Positions 1 through 11,271 of a stretch of 45,892 bases of DNA are shown in pieces. How positions within the stretch are numbered: the first letter of the stretch is position 1; each line of letters begins with the position of its first letter. The position numbers and the translations under genes were made by a program. The notes below the pieces were generated by a model that was not told the origin of the DNA, did no database searches, and worked only from the letters and a program-made list of their open reading frames with translations. This stretch comes from Gammaproteobacteria bacterium (GTDB taxonomy: Bacteria > Pseudomonadota > Gammaproteobacteria > Chromatiales > Chromatiaceae). Location: assembly GCA_020445205.1 (NCBI GenBank), contig JAGRHA010000150.1:1-45892 (forward strand), read 5' to 3'.

Positions 1-1799
<1,799 letters not shown>

Positions 1800-1900
1800 C
1801 CGTGGCACGTAACTGCCTGCCGGCGGCCAGCAGCCGAGGGTGTCCGGTCAGCGTGCGCGCGGGCCCGATGCCCGAGTCTGCGGTGATGGCCTCGGACGCG

Positions 1901-1906
1901 TACAAT
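1901..1906 (+). promoter_or_regulatory. -10 element (TACAAT) with a GC-rich discriminator upstream of aroE
   Basis: TACAATgcgcgcc about 40 nt before the aroE ATG; no clear -35. Confidence 0.35.
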
Positions 1907-1943
1907 GCGCGCCTCGTCAAACCATCACGGGTACATTTTCCCG

Positions 1944-2756
1944 ATGACTGACCAGTACGCCGTCATAGGCAACCCGATCGAGCATTCGAAGTCGCCGCTG
2001 ATTCACGCCGCGTTCGCCCGCCAGACCGGCCAGGATATGCACTATGGGCGCCTGCTCGGTGATCTCGAAGAGTTCGAGGCGGATGTCGATGAGTTCGTCG
2101 ACGGCGGCGGTAAGGGGCTCAATGTCACGGTGCCGTTCAAGGAGCGGGCGTTTCGCTATGCCGATACGCTGAGCGACCGGGCGCGCGCAGCCGGTGCCGT
2201 GAATACCCTGACCTTCGGCGACGGCGGCGTGCACGGCGACAACACCGACGGTGTGGGTCTGGTGCGCGATCTGACGTGCAATCAGATGTTCAGAATCGAA
2301 GGCGCGAATGTCCTGTTGCTCGGGGCCGGCGGCGCCGTGCGCGGCGTCTTGCGGCCACTGCTCGGTGAGCGCCCCGGCAAGCTGGTGATTGCGAACCGTA
2401 CCGCGGACAAGGCTTTATCACTGGCGGCAGCCGCCGGTCACGTTGCTGTCATGGGGTGTGGCCTCGACGAGCTCGGCGGGCGCCGATTCGACCTGATCAT
2501 CAACGGCACAGCGGCCGGACTGGCCGCTAAAGTCCCGGAGATTCCGGACGATTGCCTCGCCGATGGTGGATGGACCTACGACATGCTGTACGCAAACGAA
2601 CCGACGGCGTTTGTGCAATGGGGACTGTCGCACGGCGCCGCGCGTGCGCTCGACGGTCTCGGCATGCTGGTCGAGCAGGCCGCCGAATCGTTCCGTCTGT
2701 GGCGCGGCGTGATGCCTGACACGGCAGCTGTGATCACCTCCCTGCGCGCTGGCTGA
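1944..2756 (+). CDS. aroE: Shikimate dehydrogenase
   Basis: YAVIGNPIEHSKSP, GLNVTVPFK, GAVNT, GDNTDG, GAGGA, DGLGMLVEQAA. Confidence 0.97.
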   Translation: MTDQYAVIGNPIEHSKSPLIHAAFARQTGQDMHYGRLLGDLEEFEADVDEFVDGGGKGLNVTVPFKERAFRYADTLSDRARAAGAVNTLTFGDGGVHGDNTDGVGLVRDLTCNQMFRIEGANVLLLGAGGAVRGVLRPLLGERPGKLVIANRTADKALSLAAAAGHVAVMGCGLDELGGRRFDLIINGTAAGLAAKVPEIPDDCLADGGWTYDMLYANEPTAFVQWGLSHGAARALDGLGMLVEQAAESFRLWRGVMPDTAAVITSLRAG

Positions 2757-2792
2757 CACCGCGTGTAACCGATTCATCCTGCGGAGTTCCCG

Positions 2793-4526
2793 ATGCTGAT
2801 CCGATCGTTCCGACTGTTGTCCCTGGGGTGCGCAATCCTCGTGCTGTTTGCGTGTTCACGCGAGCCCGAACCACAAGGCGATGCGCTGTTGCGTCACGTG
2901 CCTGCGGACACGCCTTACGCTTTTGTCGTCAGTCGTCAGCTGCCCGACAAACTGCGTGAACGCATGGGCAGCCACTATGCCGCACAGCTCGCGTCGCAAC
3001 GTCAGACGTTCGCGCGCGCACTCGAACAGATCGAAGGATCGGAGCAGGACGCGCAGACCCTGGCACGTGCACGTGGTTTGTTCGCCGTACTCGATGCCTT
3101 GTTCGCCGAATTCGAAGGGCGCGACAGTGCCGCGCAGTTGCGCGAACTCGGTATCGAGCCCGTACCACGTTCGGTGATTTATGGCCTCGGTCCGCTGCCG
3201 GCGATGCACATCGAAATCGTCGATCGGGCGAAACTCAACGCGTTGCTCGATCGCGTCGAGCAACGCGCTGGTGTCGAGGCGCAGCGCGGTGAACTCGCCG
3301 GCCAGCCTTACCGACGCATCGATGTCGGCAGCACCGATGCGGTGCTCGCGGTCAGCGATCAGTACCTGATTGCCGGGTTGCTCGCCGACACGCGTTTCGA
3401 CCAAGACCTGCCATTGCTGCTCGGCCAGGTATTGCCGCAGCGTACGCTCGCCGATTCGGGTGAGATCGCGCAGCTGATCGCGCGTCACGGCTTCACCGGC
3501 TATGGCGAGGGTTTCATTCGCATCGATGAACTGGCCGCGACGCTGTTCGGCGAGGGTGGGGCGGAATCACGTGCGATCATGCAGGCGGTGGGCTTCGAGG
3601 CGCCGCCCGTGAGCGAGGGCTGCATGCGATTGACGCGTGAGCTGGTCGCCGGTATGCCGCGCATGGTCATGGGTGTCACCGCCGCCGAAGACGACCGCTT
3701 CGTGATTCGCGGCATTTGGGAAAGCACCCCGGACGTCGCGCGCTACCTGCAGAAACTCGCGGCGCCGGTTCCCGGCGTGGGGGCGCTGCACGACGGACTG
3801 CTGGCGATGGGTATCGGCATCGATCTGCCCGAGCTGCGCAATGCGATCGATGCCCTGTTACGCAAGATCGCCAGCAGCGAAAGTGGTTGCGAATGGGTCG
3901 ACCGCGAACGTCTGCAGGCGATAACGCCGCAGCTCAATCTTGCGCTGGGTCCGATGACGGCCGGTATCAAAGGCTTCAACCTGCAGATCGAGGATCTCAC
4001 GATCGATCCGCAGACCATGGAGGCAACGGACGTGAAGGCCGGTCTGCTGGCTGCGGTCGACGATCCGCGCGGCATCTTCGCCCTCGGCGCCATGTTCAAC
4101 CCGGGTCTCGCGGCGCTGCAGGTTCCCGATGACGGCAGCTTTGTCGAACTGCCGCGAGAACTCGCGCTCGACGAATCGGTGCCGCCGATGCAGGTGGCAA
4201 TCAAGGACCGTGCGTTGTTGCTGCTTGCCGGCGGCGCTTCGGCTGAGCTCGGCAATGCACTCAGCAACGCGGCGGTCGTGACGCCCTCGCCGTTGTTCGC
4301 CGTCGATTACGGCGTACACCAACTGGTCGAACGGTTCGGCTCGGTCATGGATGCCATGGTCGCCGCGTTCAACGAACAGGGACAGGCGGAGGCGGCCGTC
4401 GAACTCGAAAGCCAGTTCGATTCCTTTCGTGTGCAGGCGCGGTTCTTCGACCGTTTGCGCGTGGCACTCTACGCGAGTGACCAGGGATTGGTTATCGACG
4501 AGGAAGTCCGGCTGCGTCAGGACTAA
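2793..4526 (+). CDS. Uncharacterised lipoprotein (577 aa)
   Basis: Signal peptide with lipobox LFA|C, then LLRHVPADTPY; long ORF with genome-typical codon usage; no catalytic motif recognised. Confidence 0.8.
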   Translation: MLIRSFRLLSLGCAILVLFACSREPEPQGDALLRHVPADTPYAFVVSRQLPDKLRERMGSHYAAQLASQRQTFARALEQIEGSEQDAQTLARARGLFAVLDALFAEFEGRDSAAQLRELGIEPVPRSVIYGLGPLPAMHIEIVDRAKLNALLDRVEQRAGVEAQRGELAGQPYRRIDVGSTDAVLAVSDQYLIAGLLADTRFDQDLPLLLGQVLPQRTLADSGEIAQLIARHGFTGYGEGFIRIDELAATLFGEGGAESRAIMQAVGFEAPPVSEGCMRLTRELVAGMPRMVMGVTAAEDDRFVIRGIWESTPDVARYLQKLAAPVPGVGALHDGLLAMGIGIDLPELRNAIDALLRKIASSESGCEWVDRERLQAITPQLNLALGPMTAGIKGFNLQIEDLTIDPQTMEATDVKAGLLAAVDDPRGIFALGAMFNPGLAALQVPDDGSFVELPRELALDESVPPMQVAIKDRALLLLAGGASAELGNALSNAAVVTPSPLFAVDYGVHQLVERFGSVMDAMVAAFNEQGQAEAAVELESQFDSFRVQARFFDRLRVALYASDQGLVIDEEVRLRQD

Positions 4527-4535
4527 CTGACGCGA

Positions 4536-5084
4536 TCATGCCGACGGCTGTAGCGCAGCGCGGTGTCGCTGCGCCAGTTTCACGTAGTACTGCGCCGAGT
4601 ACACCAGGTACTCGCGTTCGCTGGCGCTCAGTTCGCGTGCCTGGCGTGCCGGCGAACCGGTGTACAGGTAGCCCGACTGCAGGCGCTTGCCGGGCGGCAC
4701 CAGGCTCGTGGCGCCGATCATAACGCCGGGCTCGACGATGACCTTGTCCATGACCACGGCACCCATGCCGATAAGGCATTCGTCGCCGATCTCGCAGCCG
4801 TGCAGGATCGCCTTGTGTCCGACCGTCACGCGGTCGCCGATCAGCAACGGTGAACCGCCGGGCATGTAGGGGCCATCATGACTGTTGTGCAGGACGCAGC
4901 CGTCCTGGATGTTGGTGTCACTGCCGATGCGAATGCGATGAATGTCACCGCGGATGACCACGCCCGGCCACACGCTGGAGCGCGCCCCGATGTGTACATC
5001 GCCGATCACCAGGCACAGTGGATCGAGCCACGCATCCGCAGCGATTTCGGGCGTGTGTTGCTCGAATGACCGAATCGGATTCAT
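4536..5084 (-). CDS. Gamma-carbonic anhydrase family protein (YrdA-like)
   Basis: Hexapeptide repeats, VIRGD, TNIQDGCVLH, VTVGHKAILHGC. Start at the ATG of MNPIRSF. Confidence 0.93.
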   Translation of the reverse strand: MNPIRSFEQHTPEIAADAWLDPLCLVIGDVHIGARSSVWPGVVIRGDIHRIRIGSDTNIQDGCVLHNSHDGPYMPGGSPLLIGDRVTVGHKAILHGCEIGDECLIGMGAVVMDKVIVEPGVMIGATSLVPPGKRLQSGYLYTGSPARQARELSASEREYLVYSAQYYVKLAQRHRAALQPSA

Positions 5085-5147
5085 GAGATCGTACCTTGCT
5101 GCCGCTATAGTGACGGGACACGTTAGCAGGCATCGGGAGACCGTGGA

Positions 5148-5720
5148 ATGGAAGTGAGCACGATGATTGTCATCGCTGTGGTGGTCGTGGTGATTCTCTA
5201 CGCGATCGTCATCTACAATAATCTGGTCAGCTTGAAGCACGCCATCGGCCAGGCATGGTCGAACATCGACGTGTTGTTGAAGCAGCGCCACGACGAACTG
5301 CCGAAACTGGTCGAGACCTGTAAGCAGTACATGAAGCACGAGCGTGAGACGCTCGAGCTGGTGATGAAGGCTCGCAGTGCTGTGGCCAGCGCACGCCAGG
5401 CACATGATGTCGGCGGGCTCGGTGAGGCGGAGGGCATGCTGCGGCTCGGCCTCGGTAACCTATTTGCCGTCGCCGAGGCGTACCCCGATCTCAAAGCCGA
5501 CGAGGGCTTTCGCCATCTGCGTACGCGCATCACCGGGCTGGAGAATGACATTGCCGACCGTCGCGAGTTCTACAACGCCTCGGTCAACGCCAACAACGTG
5601 CGCATCGAACAGTTCCCCGACGTGATCATCGCGCGCCTGCTTGGCTTCAAGGCCGCCAAACTGCTGCAGTTCGATGCCGCAGAGATCTCCGACGTCGACC
5701 TCGGCGCCGCCTTCAGCTGA
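5148..5720 (+). CDS. lemA: LemA family protein
   Basis: N-terminal TM, YNNLV..AWSNIDVLLKQRHD, AVAEAYPDLKA, ENDIADRREFYN, FPDVIIA. Confidence 0.95.
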   Translation: MEVSTMIVIAVVVVVILYAIVIYNNLVSLKHAIGQAWSNIDVLLKQRHDELPKLVETCKQYMKHERETLELVMKARSAVASARQAHDVGGLGEAEGMLRLGLGNLFAVAEAYPDLKADEGFRHLRTRITGLENDIADRREFYNASVNANNVRIEQFPDVIIARLLGFKAAKLLQFDAAEISDVDLGAAFS

Positions 5721-5723
5721 GCG

Positions 5724-6680
5724 ATGACGGCATGGCTCGAGCGCCTGGCGCAGGCGCCGGATGGTTTCCTCGTATTTGCCATTCTCGCAGCACTCGCCGG
5801 GTTGTACTTTGGCTTCACCGGCCTGCGTCGGGTGCGCCACATCGAGGACGTGCCGACGGCACGTATCCGTTCCGCGCCGCAGGGCTACGTTGAGCTGATC
5901 GGTAAAGCACGATCGCTCGCCGGCGAGCCGGTGATCGCGCCGTTCTCCAGGACCCCGTGTTGTTGGTACAGCTACCGCGTCGAACGCCGCGGCGAACGCG
6001 GCGCGCGTCCGGTCGAGAGCGGCAGCAGCGACGCGATCTTCGCGCTGTACGACGAAACCGGCGAATGCGTGATCGACCCGGAAGGTGCGGAAGTCACTTC
6101 GTCGCACAAGACGAGTTGGAGTGACGACGGCAGCGGCTGGGGTGCACATGGCGTGCACGCGCGCCTGCCGAGTCTCGGGCCCACGGCCGATCTCGTCGTC
6201 GACGTCGGCGGTGGTGTGCTCGAGGCGCTCGGAAGCGGACTTGGCGATTACCGCTACACGGAATCGGTGATTCTGGACGGTGATCCACTGTACGCGATCG
6301 GACATTTCCGCACCCTGGGCGCGAACGCGCACGGCGGCAGCCTCGAAGAGCGGACGCGGGCCATTTTGCGCGAATGGAAGCAGCGTCCCGACACGCTGCG
6401 TGAGCGTTTCGACCGCAATCGCGACGGCCAGATCGACCAGGGCGAATGGGAACATGCGCGCGCCGTCGCCGCGGAAGAGGCTGCGCGCGAGCTGATGGCA
6501 GACCAGCATCGGGGGCCATTGCACGTGCTCGAGCGGCCCGCGGGCGGGCGCTACTTCCTGCTTTCCAACCTCGAGGAATTCGCGCTGCTGCGGCGCTACC
6601 GCTGGCGCATGCGACTGGGTTTCGCCGCATTCATCGTCACCGGCGCGGCCTCTGCCTGGATAATTGCCACGCGCTGGTGA
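5724..6680 (+). CDS. GIDE-domain-like two-TM membrane protein with an EF-hand loop
   Basis: N-terminal TM; IEDVPTARIRSAPQGYVELIG; P.SRTPCCWYSY; F.L.DETGECVIDPEGAEV; RYTESVI..GDPLYAIG; EF-hand DRNRDGQIDQGE at 6411-6446; C-terminal TM. Starts 3 nt after the lemA stop. Confidence 0.8.
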   Translation: MTAWLERLAQAPDGFLVFAILAALAGLYFGFTGLRRVRHIEDVPTARIRSAPQGYVELIGKARSLAGEPVIAPFSRTPCCWYSYRVERRGERGARPVESGSSDAIFALYDETGECVIDPEGAEVTSSHKTSWSDDGSGWGAHGVHARLPSLGPTADLVVDVGGGVLEALGSGLGDYRYTESVILDGDPLYAIGHFRTLGANAHGGSLEERTRAILREWKQRPDTLRERFDRNRDGQIDQGEWEHARAVAAEEAARELMADQHRGPLHVLERPAGGRYFLLSNLEEFALLRRYRWRMRLGFAAFIVTGAASAWIIATRW

Positions 6681-6723
6681 GCCGGCGCTTGCACCACCGC
6701 GGGGCCGGCGCAGAACGTGGCGC

Positions 6724-6752
6724 GGAACTGCCATGGCCGGAAAACGGTCTAA
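6724..6752 (+). promoter_or_regulatory. SigmaE/AlgU-like promoter
   Basis: GGAACTG-N16-GTCTAA versus the consensus GGAACTT-N16-GTCnAA, upstream of the GGDEF-EAL gene. Confidence 0.6.
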
Positions 6753-6864
6753 TCTCAGTTAAGCGCAGGCATGCATGAAAATCGCCCAGGTTTCAGAACC
6801 ATTTCAAAGATTAGAACTGCAGTGCCAACTAATATAACTAAGGGACATAAACGGGGATCACCCC

Positions 6865-9105
6865 TTGTTTGCAAAGGAGACCGGCAGTCCGCAGGTTGAT
6901 CTCGGTCCAGCCGCGGATATCACCGGCCAGCGCCTCGGCGACCAGGCGCTCGAGGCCGTAACAGCGCTCGCACGTTCAGTGTCGAGCGGTGACGACCGCT
7001 TTTGCTTCGAACTTTTGCTCACCCTGATCCGTTCGCTACGCGTCAGTCACGGCATGATCGCCCTGTTCGACGGCGATTCCCGCGCGCGCATGCGGACGTT
7101 CGGCTACGTCGAAAACTGCGCCGAGGCGCCGGATTTCAGCTTCGAGGTGGCCGGTTCGCCACACGCTGACGTGCTGGATTACCAGCGCGTGTTCGTGCCC
7201 GCGGGCATCGGCAGCGTCTACCCCAATTGCGAATGGCTTTCGGCTCAGGGCATCGAAGGTTACCTGGGCTGTGTGCTGCGCGCGCGTGACGGCGAAGTGC
7301 TCGGCGTGATCGTGATTGCCGACCGTCGGCCGTTCAGTCGTGCCGGCAGTTATCCCGGGGTGTTGGTGCTGTACGCAGAGCGCATCGTCGGCGAACTCGC
7401 GCGTCGCCGCAGCACCAACGAGTTGCAGCTGCTCGCCAGCGTGTTCGAGAACAGTCCGCAGGGCATCATGATCACGGATGCGGATCACCGCATCCGCAAA
7501 GTGAATCCCGCGTTTTCGCGCATCACGGGTTGGGACGAGGGCGACGCGCTGGGGCGTCGCGACAGCATGTTGAGCGCCGGGCGCGACCCGGTCGATCAAC
7601 ATAGTGAGATCACCACGGCGCTCGAGACCTCCGGTGTGTGGACGGGCGAGTTGTGGAGCCGTCGGCGTGATGGTGAGGTTTACCCCGAACAGCGTACCGT
7701 GGTCGCCGTGCACGATGGCGCCAGCCGGCTGCAGCACTATGTCACCTTGTTCAGCGACATCTCGGGCGAGAAATTTGCCGCCGAACGCATACATCGGCTG
7801 GCCCACTACGACGCCACGACCGAGCTGCCGAACCGCGTGCTGCTGCAGGACCGCCTGCTGCACGCGATCAACCGCGCCACGCGTGTCGGCGGTCAGCTCG
7901 CGCTGTTGTTCCTCGACCTCGACGGTTTCAAACAGATCAACGACACGCTGGGACACGCAGCGGGCGACGAGGTCTTGCGCATGGTCGGTGCGCGGCTCAT
8001 GTCGCGTCTGCGCAAGATCGACGTGGTCGCACGCCTGGGTGGTGACGAATTCGCTGTCGTGCTCGGCGATGTCGGTGCGGCGAGCGATGTGCAGGGGATC
8101 TGTGACCAGTTGCTGGCGGTCGTCACCGAACCTTACGAACTCGGAGACCAGCGCGGCAGGGTGACGACGAGTATCGGCATCGCCATGTTCCCGGCCGACG
8201 GCACCGACGTGCAGAGCCTGCTCAAGCATGCCGACGCCGCGATGTACCAGGCCAAGGCCAGTGGCAAGAACCGCTACGCGTTCTACGAACCGGAGATGAA
8301 TCGGCGCGCCGAAGAGCGTGTGCAGCTGACCATGGATCTGCGCCAGGCGTTCGTGCGCCATGAACTCAGCCTGAGTTACCAACCGCAATACGATCTGGCA
8401 TCGGGCAGGCTGGTGGCGGTAGAGGCGCTGTTACGCTGGCAGGATCACAACGGCAACATGGTGCCACCGACGCGCTTCATCCCCGTCGCCGAAGACAGCG
8501 GTCTGATCGTCGAACTGGGCGCCTGGGTACTGCACGAAGCGTGTCGGCAGGCACAGCACTGGCGTGATCAGGGGCTCGAATTCGGTCGTATCTCGGTCAA
8601 CGTCTCGGGGCGCCAGTTCCAGGACGAGGGCCTGCAACTCGCCGTCACGGCAGCGCTGGGCTCGAGTGGTCTGGCGGCCGAGTATCTCGAACTCGAGATC
8701 AGCGAGAACTGGGTTATGGAGGGCCCGTATCGCGCCGAGAAACAGCTCAAGACCCTGAGCGATCTCGGTGTGAGTCTGGCCATCGACGACTTTGGACTGG
8801 CCAACACCTCGATGGCCTATCTTAAACGCTTCCCGGTGCACAAACTCAAAATCGACCGTTCATTCATCCGCGACATTCCGGGCGACGACGAGGACGCGGC
8901 CATCGTCTCGGCGATCATCGCCATGGGCCACAGCCTCGGCCTGCGTGTCGTGGCCGAAGGTGTCGAGAGTTCCGAACAGAGTGCCTATCTGCGCGCCACG
9001 GGTTGCGACGAGGCCCAGGGCTATCTGTTCGGGCGCCCGGTACCGAGCGATGCGATGAACGTGTTGCTGTTGTACAACCCGACCGTCTCACCGTCGCGCA
9101 GCTGA
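6865..9105 (+). CDS. GAF-PAS-GGDEF-EAL diguanylate cyclase/phosphodiesterase
   Basis: GAF-like N-terminus (GIEGYLG..L), PAS (VNPAFSRITGW), HYDATTELPNR, RKID..LGGDEF, YQPQ..VEALLRW, KIDRSFI, VAEGVE, QGYLFGRP. The TTG start is uncertain. Confidence 0.93.
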   Translation: MFAKETGSPQVDLGPAADITGQRLGDQALEAVTALARSVSSGDDRFCFELLLTLIRSLRVSHGMIALFDGDSRARMRTFGYVENCAEAPDFSFEVAGSPHADVLDYQRVFVPAGIGSVYPNCEWLSAQGIEGYLGCVLRARDGEVLGVIVIADRRPFSRAGSYPGVLVLYAERIVGELARRRSTNELQLLASVFENSPQGIMITDADHRIRKVNPAFSRITGWDEGDALGRRDSMLSAGRDPVDQHSEITTALETSGVWTGELWSRRRDGEVYPEQRTVVAVHDGASRLQHYVTLFSDISGEKFAAERIHRLAHYDATTELPNRVLLQDRLLHAINRATRVGGQLALLFLDLDGFKQINDTLGHAAGDEVLRMVGARLMSRLRKIDVVARLGGDEFAVVLGDVGAASDVQGICDQLLAVVTEPYELGDQRGRVTTSIGIAMFPADGTDVQSLLKHADAAMYQAKASGKNRYAFYEPEMNRRAEERVQLTMDLRQAFVRHELSLSYQPQYDLASGRLVAVEALLRWQDHNGNMVPPTRFIPVAEDSGLIVELGAWVLHEACRQAQHWRDQGLEFGRISVNVSGRQFQDEGLQLAVTAALGSSGLAAEYLELEISENWVMEGPYRAEKQLKTLSDLGVSLAIDDFGLANTSMAYLKRFPVHKLKIDRSFIRDIPGDDEDAAIVSAIIAMGHSLGLRVVAEGVESSEQSAYLRATGCDEAQGYLFGRPVPSDAMNVLLLYNPTVSPSRS

Positions 9106-9237
9106 GTGCACGAGCCACGGCCGCGCACCTCCGTCATCCCCGCACAACCTGCATAACGGTCGCGGTTTTGGCCGCTACGGCTTGCCAGGCGTTCATGTCA
9201 GAATCCGCCGTATAACCGTTCTCCAGAGAGTCCCTGC

Positions 9238-11271
9238 ATGTCCAATCCCTTGCTTGAACAGACCGGTCTGCCGGCGTTTTCCGCCATCAAACCCGATCAT
9301 GTCGAACCGGCCATCGATACCCTGCTTGCCGAAAACCGTTCGCGCATCGCCGAGCTGATCGAGAACACGCCGGATCCGGATTGGGACACGTTCGTCGAGC
9401 CGATCGAGAAATGGGAAGACCGACTCGGCCGCGTCTGGTCCCCCGTGTCGCACATGAACTCGGTAGTCAACAGCGAAGCCCTGCGTGCCGCCTACAACGC
9501 CTGCCTGCCGAAGCTGTCCGACTACGGCACGGAGATGGGGCAGAACGAACGCCTGTATGCGGCATACAAGGCCGTAGCGGCGAAGACGACCGCGCTCGAC
9601 GACGGCCAACGCAAGGTACTCGACAATGCGTTGCGCGACTTCCATCTGTCCGGCGTCGATCTGCCGGCGGACAAGAAGCAGCGGTTCAAGGAGATCAGTC
9701 AGGAACTGTCGAGCCTCACCAGCAAGTACTCGGAGAACGTGCTCGATGCCACGCATGCGTGGACCAAGCAGATCGACGATGTCGATGCACTGGCCGGCAT
9801 GCCGCCGTCGGCGATCGATCTCGCGCGGCAGAATGCCGAGCAGCACGAGCGTGACGGTTGGCTGCTGACCCTCGATTATCCGTCGTTCTACCCTGTGTTG
9901 ACCTACGCCGACGACGGCGCGCTGCGGCGTGAGGTGTACGAGGCCTACCAGACACGCGCAAGCGACCAGGGACCACACGCCGGTACCTACGACAACAGCG
10001 AGATCATGGAACGTATCGTCGCACTGCGCCATGAACAGGCGCAGCTGCTGGGGTACGCCAACTATGCCGAGCGTTCGCTGGCGCGCAAGATGGCACGTTC
10101 GACCGATGAAGTGCTGCATTTCCTGCACGATCTCGCGGCCCGATCGAAACCGCAGGCCGAGCGTGAGCTCGCGGAGTTGCGCGCGTTCGCGCGCGAACAT
10201 CACGCTGTCGATGCGCTCGATCCCTGGGATATCGCCTACTACAGCGAGAAGCTGCGCCAGCATCGCTACAGCATCACGCAGGAGGAGGTGAAGCCGTACT
10301 TCCCCGAGACACGCGTCGTGCCCGGCATGTTCGAGGTCGTCGGGCGCCTGTATGGCGTGACCTTCCACGAGGTGAGCGGCGTCGACACCTGGCATCCTGA
10401 TGTGAAGTTCTACGAGATTCGCGATCACGACGGCAGCGTGCGTGGCCAGTTCTATTTCGATCTCTACGCGCGCAAGGACAAGCGCGGCGGCGCATGGATG
10501 GACGATTGCCAGTCGCGCATGGTCACGCACGATGTGGTGCAGATTCCCGTTGCCTATATGACCTGCAACTTCACCCCACCGGTCGGTGGCAAGCCGGCGT
10601 TGCTGACCCACGACGAGGTCGAGACGCTGTTCCACGAGTTCGGCCACGGTTTGCACCATATGCTGACGCGCGTCGACTACTCGGCGATCTCCGGCATCAA
10701 CGGCGTCGCCTGGGACGCGGTAGAGCTGCCATCACAGTTCATGGAGAACTACTGTTGGGAGCGTGAGGCACTGGATCTGTTTGCAGCCCACTACGAAACG
10801 GGTGAGCGGATTCCCGAGCAGCTCTACGAGCGCATGCTGGCGGCGAAGAATTTCCAGTCGGGCATGATGATGGTGCGTCAGCTCGAATTCTCGTTGTTCG
10901 ATTTCCGCATGCACCGCGAATACGACCCGGCGCGCGGTGGGCGCATCTATGAGATTCTCGACGAAGTACGCGACGAGGTCGCGGTGATCAAGCCGCCGAT
11001 ATGGAACCGCTTCGCGCATGCCTTCTCGCACATTTTTGCCGGGGGTTACGCGGCCGGCTACTACAGCTACAAGTGGGCCGAGGTGCTCTCCGCAGATGCC
11101 TTCTCGCTGTTCGAGGAGAAAGGCGTGTTCGATCAGGCGACCGGGCAATCGTTCCTGCATAACATCCTCGAACGCGGAGGTTCGAAGGACGCGATGGAGC
11201 TGTTCGTCGCCTTCCGCGGACGCGAACCGCAGATCGACGCGCTGTTGCGCCATACCGGTATCGCCGCCTGA
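9238..11271 (+). CDS. prlC: Oligopeptidase A (M3 metallopeptidase)
   Basis: MSNPLL, KRGGAWMD, HEFGHGLHH zinc motif, WDAVELPSQ, HIFAGGYAAGYYSYKWAEV. Confidence 0.97.
   Translation: MSNPLLEQTGLPAFSAIKPDHVEPAIDTLLAENRSRIAELIENTPDPDWDTFVEPIEKWEDRLGRVWSPVSHMNSVVNSEALRAAYNACLPKLSDYGTEMGQNERLYAAYKAVAAKTTALDDGQRKVLDNALRDFHLSGVDLPADKKQRFKEISQELSSLTSKYSENVLDATHAWTKQIDDVDALAGMPPSAIDLARQNAEQHERDGWLLTLDYPSFYPVLTYADDGALRREVYEAYQTRASDQGPHAGTYDNSEIMERIVALRHEQAQLLGYANYAERSLARKMARSTDEVLHFLHDLAARSKPQAERELAELRAFAREHHAVDALDPWDIAYYSEKLRQHRYSITQEEVKPYFPETRVVPGMFEVVGRLYGVTFHEVSGVDTWHPDVKFYEIRDHDGSVRGQFYFDLYARKDKRGGAWMDDCQSRMVTHDVVQIPVAYMTCNFTPPVGGKPALLTHDEVETLFHEFGHGLHHMLTRVDYSAISGINGVAWDAVELPSQFMENYCWEREALDLFAAHYETGERIPEQLYERMLAAKNFQSGMMMVRQLEFSLFDFRMHREYDPARGGRIYEILDEVRDEVAVIKPPIWNRFAHAFSHIFAGGYAAGYYSYKWAEVLSADAFSLFEEKGVFDQATGQSFLHNILERGGSKDAMELFVAFRGREPQIDALLRHTGIAA

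Noticed and set aside
1804-1818. Sigma54-like TGGCACG..TGC motifs (also near 6718, 25611 and 37984)
   Set aside because: GG-to-GC spacing is 9 or 11 nt rather than the required 10, or the -12 GC is missing.
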